NCBI RefSeq assembly: GCF_009914755.1
Contig: NC_060936.1
DNA length: 64,000 bases
Origin: the human T2T-CHM13v2.0 reference genome, Homo sapiens
Strand: one strand, 5' to 3'
Positions within the stretch are counted from its first letter, which is position 1. Every line of letters begins with the position of its first letter. Positions 55,651 to 64,000 of the stretch are shown here, piece by piece. The position numbers were made by a program, and so were the translations under genes. The notes beneath the pieces were generated by a model that was given only the letters and a program-made list of their open reading frames with translations, made no database searches and was not told the DNA's origin.

Positions 55651-56319
55651 TTAAAGTATGTATAGTGCATAATATTTGATAATAAACGAATGTTACTGGC
55701 TTACGTATTTACTATACTTTTTATTGTTATTTTAGAGTGTACTCTTTCTACTTACATTAAAAAGTTAACTGTAAAACAGTCTCAGGCAGGTCCTTCAGAA
55801 GGTATTCCAGAAGAAGGCATTGATAACAGTAACATGCATGGAGATGACAGCTCCATGCATGTTACTGCCCCTGAAGACCTTCCAGTGGTATAAGATGGAG
55901 AGAGAGAAGACAGTGAGATTGATGATCCTGACCCTGTGTGAGCTTAGGATAATGTGTGTTTGTGGTCTTTGTTTTTAACAAAAAGATTTGAAAGTTTAAC
56001 AATTTTGTTAAATAGAAAAAGTTTATACAATAACATATATGAAGAACAAAATATTTTCATACAGCTATACATGTTTGTGTTTTCAGCTACGTGTTATTAT
56101 AAAAAAGTTAAAAAAAATTAACAAATTAAGGTTTATAAAATTAAAGTCTATGAAGTTACAGTAGGCTAAGGTTATTATTGAAGAAATAAATTAAAAATAA
56201 ATTAAATGTAGCCTAAATGTGCAGTGTTTATAAACTCTCACCACTGACTCGCTGACTCACCCAGAGGGGCTTCCAGCCTGGGAAGCTTCATTCATAGTCA
56301 CTGCCCTATTCAGGTGTAC

Positions 56320-56884
56320 TGAAGACCAGAGATTTTTACCTCAAAATATGGCACCCTGGTATGCTGATTATTTTAAATTAAAAGCCACTGGAGACCGGCA
56401 GGCGCTAGAAAAAGCTTTACTCTGATACTCCTTTATCTGCCTAAAATCCAGATCCACTAAAGAAGAAAACAATTACATGTGTTTCCTTCCCTGAGTTCTC
56501 ATTAACTTAGCTCATATCGCAGGAAAAAAGACTAAAGTGTGTCAACACATCTGGACAGACATTTTTCACAAACCATGATCTGTTCTCCAAGCCCGACAGA
56601 CTTTGTCCAAGACCATTGTATGTTCTCCAAGTCTATTCACTTTCCCCTAAAAATCATTTATAATCCCTCAATTACCACATTTCCCCCATCTCTTCTTCTC
56701 TTATGGAGAAGGTTATATAAAGATCTGAATCTTATTGGGTTATTGGATAATCATTCTCATGCAATTCCCCTGTATTATGCACATTAGAATATATTTGTAT
56801 GCCATTTTCTCATATGAATCCTCCATTTGTCAGCTGATTTTCAGTGAAACTTCAGAGGCAGAAAGGTTTTCCTTTGCCTCTACA
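56320..56884 (+). mobile_element. ERV1 solo LTR (MER34/MER39-like) nested in the Tigger
   Basis: TGAAG...caaaatatggcaccctgg...cttcagagg...CTACA. Perfect 4-bp TSD GTAC (56316-56319, 56885-56888), the ERV1 TSD length. Confidence 0.82.
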
Positions 56885-57228
56885 GTACTATTTTTTATCT
56901 CTTATATCATATTTTTACTGTACCTTTTTAAAGTAGAGTATATATATAAAGTTTAGATATACAAATACTTACCATTGTTGTATAATTGCTTATAGTATTC
57001 AGTATGGTAACATGCTGTACAGGTTTATAGCCTAGGAGCAATAGGCTATGCAATATAGACTAGGTGTGTAGCAGCCTATACCATCTAGTTTTGTGTCAGT
57101 ACACTCTGTGATGTTCACACAATGATGAAGTAGCCTAATGATGCACTTCTCAGAAATTATCCCTGTCAATAGATGACACATAACTATGTATCAGTCCATA
57201 TACTATAATGTAATTATATATATACACT

Positions 57229-57825
57229 TATATTCATTTTCTATAGCTGTATCACAAATTACCACACACAGCGCCGTAAAACAAGACAAACTGGTTATCT
57301 CCTGTGTTCTGTAGGTCAAGCTCAGGTGGGTTCTCTGCTCAGGGTCTCTCCAGGCTGAAATTAAGGTGTCGACTGGGGCTGCTATGTCATCTAAGGTTCA
57401 GGTCCTCTGACAAGCTCTCATGTTGTTAGCACATCATTTCCTTGCTGCCACAGACTGAGATAAGTTACCTATTTTCGTGCTAGCTGCAGGCCAGCAACCA
57501 CTCTAGGTTCCTGACGGCTGTATTTAGTTCTTTGTCAAGTGGTCACAGTAAGTAATTCACAACATAGTACTACTTCTTTCAAGCCAATAGGAGCACATCT
57601 CTGGCTTTTTTTTCTCTGTAAATATCTGGAGATATTATTGGACCTCCCTGATTAGATCAGGCCCACTGTCAATAATCTCCCACTTGCCATATTAGGTAAT
57701 ATAATCACAGGAGAGATCTATTGTCATATTCACAAGTTCTGCAAACACTCAGGGGAGAAGATTATACAAGGCTTGTACATAAGGGAGTGGGATTCCTGGG
57801 GTCATTTTAGAATTCTGATACCACA
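57229..57825 (-). mobile_element. MLT1 (D/E-like) LTR
   Basis: acaaattaccaca...ctgctcagggtctc..aggctgaaattaaggtgtc...ttagaattctgataccaca. Confidence 0.75.
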
Positions 57826-57889
57826 ATCATATGTTAATATACATATGTGATATTAACACATGTGATACATAATATAATAACACAATAAT

Positions 57890-58100
57890 GATGACTTATT
57901 ACTGAGTGCTTACTATGTGCCTAGGAACCTACAAACCATTTTATCTGCATTTTATTATTTAATCCTCATGACAAATCTATAAGAGATAATCATAGTTCCT
58001 ATTTCACAGAATACAGGGGTAACTGAGGCTTAGTAAAGTTATTTGGCCAAAGTCACATAACAAGTAAGTGGCAGAATCTTGATTATATCCAAGTCTGTTT
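57890..58100 (-). mobile_element. MIR
   Basis: ttatactgagtgcttactatgtgcc...tttaatcctca...aactgaggct...agtaagtggcaga. Confidence 0.8.
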
Positions 58101-58260
58101 CTAGGCAGCGTGGACTTTGGAGTTAGACGTACCTGTTGTCCATGTTCCTACTGTCCTGTATTTCTTTGCAGCACTTGTCACAATCCTAATTAAATAACTA
58201 TTGTGAAGTAAATTGGTCATGTTTGTCTCCCCAGATAGATATAAACTTCATTAAGACAGT

Positions 58261-58690
58261 TGTATCAATTTTGAAGTACATTCAGCTGCAAATAACAGAA
58301 AGCCTGGCTAACAGTGGTTTAAACATACAAACATTCACCTTCCCCTTCTAAACAAAAAGTTCAGAGGTCTTGGTTGCTGGCAATGTCTCAGAAGCTCAAC
58401 CGTATTAGGATATCTCTTTGACTCTTTTGATCTTTATTTACTTAATGGGTTTAAGATGGCTACTGCAGCTCCAGCCATCACACGTAAATCAAGCTGGAAG
58501 AAAGGGAAAGGGATTAAGATAACCATATCTCTCTAATTTTAGCAGGAAAGCATTCATATATCTGTGGACATAAATGTGTTGCTTAGAATTTCAAGCTGCA
58601 GGGGAAGCTGGGAGAGTGAGATTTTGCACAATATAATTGGGGGAAAAAGGTAGAGAGGGTACTTGGTAAATGAAAAATAGTGTCTATCAT
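58261..58690 (-). mobile_element. Old MLT1 (K/L-like) LTR inside an L2
   Basis: cattcagctgcaaataacagaaa...aagatggctactgcagctccagccatcac. Confidence 0.6.
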
Positions 58691-58771
58691 AGGCAGGGAT
58701 TGTATCTGTCTTGTTCATCATTGCATTTCCAGCGTCCGGTTTAGTGACTTCTATATAATAGGCTTTTATTT

Positions 58772-59072
58772 TATTTTACTTTTTTGAGACCAGGGTCTCA
58801 CTCTGTCACCCAGGCTGGAGTGCAGTGATGCACGGATGGCTCACTGCAGCCTCTACCTCCTGGGCTCAAGCAATCCTCCCACCTCAGCTTCTCAAGTAGC
58901 AGTTGGGATTATAGGTGCATGTCACCATGCCCAGCTAATTTTTTAATTTTTTGTAGAGACGAGGTCTCACTATACTGCCTACACTGATCTCAAACTCCTA
59001 GGCTCAAATAATCCTCCTGTCTCGGCCTCCCCAAAATGCTGGGATTACAGGTGTGAACCACTGTGTCTGGCC
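58772..59072 (-). mobile_element. AluJ inserted in an L2 3' end
   Basis: Perfect TSD AATAGGCTTTTATTT at 58757-58771 and 59073-59087. Confidence 0.9.
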
Positions 59073-59363
59073 AATAGGCTTTTATTTATTGTTGAATGAA
59101 TGCCTGTGAAATAATGCATGTGTTAAATGTTTTCCACAGTGCTTGGCACACACTAGGTAGTAAACAAATGATGACTATTGGTAACTACATTGTTTAGAGA
59201 CCCCAAATTTGTGTGTGTGTGTATGGCATATGGAAGCATTCCAGCACTACTTTGGTTGGTTCAAGAATAAGCACTAACAGCTAATGGTTCTACTGCCCTA
59301 TTAGACACAGAAGGGCTTGAGTGGGGCCTGCTGTGGGGTGGAGAGGTGGGAAGTGAGAATCTC

Positions 59364-59724
59364 TGTATTAGTCTGTTTTCACACTGCTGATAAAGACATA
59401 CCTGAGACTGGGTAACTTATAAAGAAAAAGAAGTTTAATGGACTCACAGTTTCACATGGCTGGGGAGGCCTCACGATCATGGCAGAAGGCGAAAGGCACA
59501 TCTTACATGGCAGCAGGCAAGAGAGAATGAGAGCCAAGTGAACAGGAAAACCACTTATAAAACTGTCAGATCTCATGAGACTTATTCACTACCATGAGAA
59601 CAGTACTGGGGAAAACTCCCCCATGATTCAGTTATCTCCCACCTGGTCCCTCCCACAATACATGGGAATTGTAGGAGCTACCTTCAAGATGAGACTTGGG
59701 TGGGGACACAGCCAAACCATATCA
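59364..59724 (-). mobile_element. THE1 (MaLR) solo LTR
   Basis: TGTATTAGTC...AAACCATATCA on the plus strand, 361 bp, perfect 5-bp TSD ATCTC (59359-59363, 59725-59729). Confidence 0.93.
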
Positions 59725-60281
59725 ATCTCCTTCTAGCCACCCTTGGTGCTTTGCAGGCTAAGGCTGGCCAGGAGGAGCTAGCTCTGTAACAATTGCTCAG
59801 CTGCAGCTGGTGCAGCTCGGTTTACACAGCTAGTGGGAAGGGTGAATGCTTAAAGCTTGCTTTCTTTGGGTAAAGAGGAAAAAAAAAACCTGCCCTGATG
59901 TTGGCAAGACTTACTTGCCTAAAGCTGAGAAGGGGAAAGAACTTTAAAGCCTCTTTGCCACCACCCTCTTCTTGGCAACATTTTGACAAGTTTGCTGATC
60001 TTCAGCTTACTTTTTCTTTCTCCCCCTCCCTATCCTCCTCCTTGCTCCTTTCCTTATTCTTCACTCTCCCCCTCCCTCTCTCTGCATCTCTCTGCCTCTC
60101 CTTCTCTCCACCCCGAGGCCAGGCAACCAGTTATGTTTAGATTGTCAAGTGAAATATACATTCCAGATTCTGCTTTCCCTCCCAGACCTAGAAGTTGGAC
60201 ACATCGATGTGGCAACAATGCAAGAGCTACATACAAGCTGCTTCCCTCCTCCCTAAACATCCAATATATGACCTGAATCTC

Positions 60282-60700
60282 TGGATTTGTTTGCTAGGAT
60301 TGCCGTAACAAAGCGCAAACTGGGTAGCTTAAACAACAGAAGTATAGTGTCTCACGGTTTTTGAGGCTGGAAGTCCAAGATCAAGGTGCTGTGAGGGAAA
60401 GTCTGTTCCATGCTATGTCTTAGCTTCTGGTGGTTTTCTGGCAATCTTTGGCATTCCTTGATGAGTGGGTGCATCACCCTGATCTCTGCCTCATCTTCAC
60501 ACCGTGCTCTCGCTGGGAGTGTATATGTATCCAATTGCTCCTTTTTATTAGGACATAGCCATATTGGATTAGGGCCCATCCTGATCACCTCATCTTAACT
60601 TGATCATCTGCAAAGACCCTAAATCCAAATAAGATCACGTTCACAGGTACTAAGTTAAGACTTCAACATCTTTTTGAGGGACACAATTCAACTTGTAACA
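60282..60700 (-). mobile_element. MLT1B/C LTR
   Basis: tgccgtaacaaa...cttaaacaacagaa...gaggctggaagtccaagatcaaggtg...gggacacaattcaac..taaca. Confidence 0.85.
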
Positions 60701-62204
60701 GTTGGAACTGTTTGCTTTGATTAAGCAAAGACCCAATAGTGATTTTTCGGTCTCCTAAAATACTAAGATTACTTCCAGGATCTCAAGCAAGAATCAAGAC
60801 CTATAAAGAAAGTGGATATATAGCCTCTACCTGCCAGACATTGTATTGGAAGTTTAGCCATGGCGATACTGCTAAGTAGATGTTAATAGGCTCATTTTAT
60901 GGATGAAGAGACTGAGTCTCAGGATAGTCAGAGACCATACCCAAAGTCAAGTTCAGCTGGAGAGGGATGGACCCAGGATTCTAATCCATGTATGTCTGAT
61001 TCCCAAAACTGTTACGGCATGTGGTGCATTTTTTGTCTCAGAAAAATATCATCTTCATACCTTCGTGGCTCAAATCAGCTGTACAAATTACAATGGCTGA
61101 ACATGAAAAAATGAGACTCTGGACAAACTGGAATTTCAATAAAAAGAGAAAAATGTGACCCACAGTGCTGAAATGGCACTTCATTGATTTGCTAATGTTC
61201 AATTCCATCAGGTACATCATGGTTACACCTGAAGTGAGTAGGCAGTGGTAAGTTTCAAATGCTGTTAAGAAAAATGTGGGTTGATGTTTTAAATAACTCT
61301 TTAAGACTTTTAAATTGTGTATTTTTGCCCTTTGGGGGCACTTGCAGATAAAAATTAAGGAAGCAAAAAATTCGAGCCTTGTCTACATCAATACTAAACA
61401 CACTTTAGGAAAAGGCAGACGTTATTGAGATTTTGATAATAGCAGAGTTTTTTTAAAGTGTCATTTGTTTTAAATGACTCTTGTGGTCTAGAAAATGTAG
61501 ATTTCTCATCAAACTATTTAATTGAAATCTTCTTAATACCCAGGTTAAGTCACATTAAAGAGAAGACGAAGAATCTCTTTAAATCACTTTGCTGTAATAG
61601 GATTTTGTGGATAAGGAACTAATTTAAAATAAATGGGCCATTGGCTAGATTTAGACATTTCTGTCATACAAATTTCTGTTCCATATCTATTTGCAGTAAC
61701 GGGTTTTGATCTGTTGTCAAATGGTCAATTGTTTTGGACATTGTGCTTTGTTTCATGCAGGTCTAGTAAATGATGAGCAGTTTTTGGAAATTTTACTAAT
61801 TACCCGTGGCCTGTTTTTAATGATGTTAAAGTGAGGGAATTTAGACAAATGTAAGATCTGCTTTAAGCCAGTAATTGCTCCTCATACTATTTCTCCCCAG
61901 GGCATTCAGATGCAGAAGCCTCACATGTTCATTCAGCAATTATGTATTAAACACCTACCATGGTCCAGGCACTGTTTAGGTGATTAAGACGCATCTCTAG
62001 ACAGACTGATAAAGATCCCTGCATTGTGGAGTTTACCTGCTAATAGGAAGTAACAGGCAATGAACAATAAACATAATTAAAAAGTCAGATGTGTCAGAAT
62101 AAAACAGTCCAAAAAAGTGAGAAGGTGGTAGTGCTATGAGAAAAAGAAAAAAGGAGAGCCAAGCTAGAGGCATTGGGAGTATTGACAGGTGACAGTACCA
62201 TTTT

Positions 62205-62521
62205 ATTTTATGTTATGTTATGTATGTATGTATGTATTGAGACAGAGTCTTGCTCTGTCACCCAGGCTGGAGTGCAAAGGCACAACCTCAGCTCATTGCA
62301 ACCTCTGCCTCCGGGTTCAACTGATTCTCCTGCCTCAGCCTCTCATGTAGCTGGAATTTCAGGCACCCACCACCATGCCCGGCTAAATTTTTTTGCATTT
62401 TTAGTAGAGACAGGGTTTCACAATGCTGGCCAGGCTGGTCTCGAACTCCTGACCTCAGGTGATCTGCCTGCCTCGGCCTCCCAAGGTGCTGGGATTACAG
62501 GCATGAGCCACCATGCCCGGC
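62205..62521 (-). mobile_element. AluS inserted in an L2
   Basis: (TATG)n tail, TSD TGACAGTAC(CA/GG)TTTT at 62190-62204 and 62522-62536. Confidence 0.9.
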
Positions 62522-62774
62522 TGACAGTACGGTTTTAAATAGCATGGTCAGGGCAGGCCTCACTGTGAAGGTGACAACAGAGCCTCAGCCTAGAGAAGCT
62601 GGAATTCAGTTTTCAACTACTTAAAATTGAGCGGGACTATGAAATGTATAGTGCATGAATACTGTAAACAGGGGTGTGGGTACCAATGGGGTGATAGAGC
62701 CAAAGTCCAGCTGAGAAGAGTTCTGGAGAAAAAACACATCCTACTTTCTTCCTCCCTTCAACTTAGTCCCATAT

Positions 62775-63812
62775 TTTATTTTACTTATTTATTTTTATTT
62801 GTATAAATTTATGGGGTACAAGTGCAATTTTGTTACATGCATAGATTGCATAGTGGTCAACTCAAGGCTTTTAGGGTATCCATTATCCAAATAATACGCA
62901 TTGTGCCTGTTAAGTAATTTCTCATTATACATCCCCTCACCCTTCCAAGTCTCCATTGTCTTATCATTCTACTCTCTGCATCCATGTATACACATTTTTT
63001 TAACTCCTACCTATGAGTGAGAATGTGCAATATTTGTATTTCTGTGTCTCATTTGTTTCACTTACGATAATAACCTATAATTCCATCCATGTTGCTACAA
63101 AGGACATGATTTTGTTCTTTTTATGGCTGAATAGTATTCCTTTGTGTGTATATAGTGATGAATGATATATCCAATCATCTGTTGATGGACACTTAGGTTA
63201 ATTCCATATCTTTCCTATTGTGAATAGTGCTGCAATAAACATACACGTGCAGGTATATTTTTGATATATTGATTTATTTTCCTTTGGGTAGATACCTAGC
63301 AGTGGGATTGCTGGATCTGGTAGTTCTATTGTGGGTATGTGGTAGTTTCATTGCGGACATGATAGTTCTATTTTTAGTTATTTGATAAATCCTCATATTG
63401 TTTGCCATAGAGGTTTTACAAATTTACATTCCCACCAACAGTGTATATGAGTTCTCTTTTCTCCACATCCTTGCCAACTTCTGTTATTTTTTGACTTTTT
63501 AATAATAGCAATTCTGACTTGGGTAAGATGATATCTCATTGTGATTCCAATTTGCAATTCTCTGATGATTAGTGATGTTGAGCATTTTTTCATATACCTG
63601 TTGGTGATTTGCATGTCTTCTTTTGAAAAATGTCTATTCATGTCCTTTGCCCACTTTTTAATGGAATCATTTGTGGGGGTTTTGTTGTTGTTATTGAGTT
63701 GTTTGACTTATTTGTATATTCTAAATATTAGCCCTCTATCAGATGCACAGTTTGTAGATATTTTCTGTCATCTCACAGGTAGTCTGTTCACTCTGTTGAT
63801 TATTTCTTTTGC
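62775..63812 (-). mobile_element. L1PB/L1MA 3' end with ORF2 C-terminal remnant
   Basis: ORF 63393-63641 (MNRHFSKED...MRYHLT..RIAIIKK...HCWWECK) is the L1 ORF2p C-terminal cysteine-rich region. Confidence 0.9.
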
Positions 63813-64000
63813 TTAATTTGTTCTTTCACTTTGACTTTAGACAGTCTGTTTTTAGTAATTCATGGCTAAGTCCTTTTTGCAATGCATTTTCCTATGGATT
63901 GCTAAACCTCTGTTCCTGGATGTCTAAATAACATGCTAGACTTTGGAAATTTTCATCTGCCATTTTGTTAAATAGCTTTTCTAAGTTTTTGTTTGTTTGT

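Overview
Primate, very likely human, genomic DNA. A CpG island at about 25.9-27.4 kb holds a minus-strand first coding exon (26540-26483, MPGWKKNIPICLQAEEQER plus 1 nt, then a GTGAGC donor). I recognise this from memory as the palmitoylated (Cys11) N-terminus of the GRIP1b isoform of GRIP1 (glutamate receptor-interacting protein 1, 12q14.3). Everything left of 26483 is the start of its long first intron. Everything right of the island is upstream sequence with no recognisable protein-coding exon. The rest is interspersed repeats (Alu, L1, L2, MIR, THE1/MLT/MER34-like LTRs, Tigger3, hAT and Tc2 DNA transposons), many with readable target-site duplications (TSDs) and several nested. I see no evidence of a wholly new biological system. 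The most testable leads are a GRIP1-oriented THE1 LTR with an intact DUX4 motif and splice donor, a uORF and a CCG/GGCCC repeat in the GRIP1b leader, a G-quadruplex cluster just after the donor, candidate plus-strand exons of a divergent lncRNA, and a possible recursive-splice or microexon site. Repeat subfamily names come from recalled consensus sequences and are approximate.
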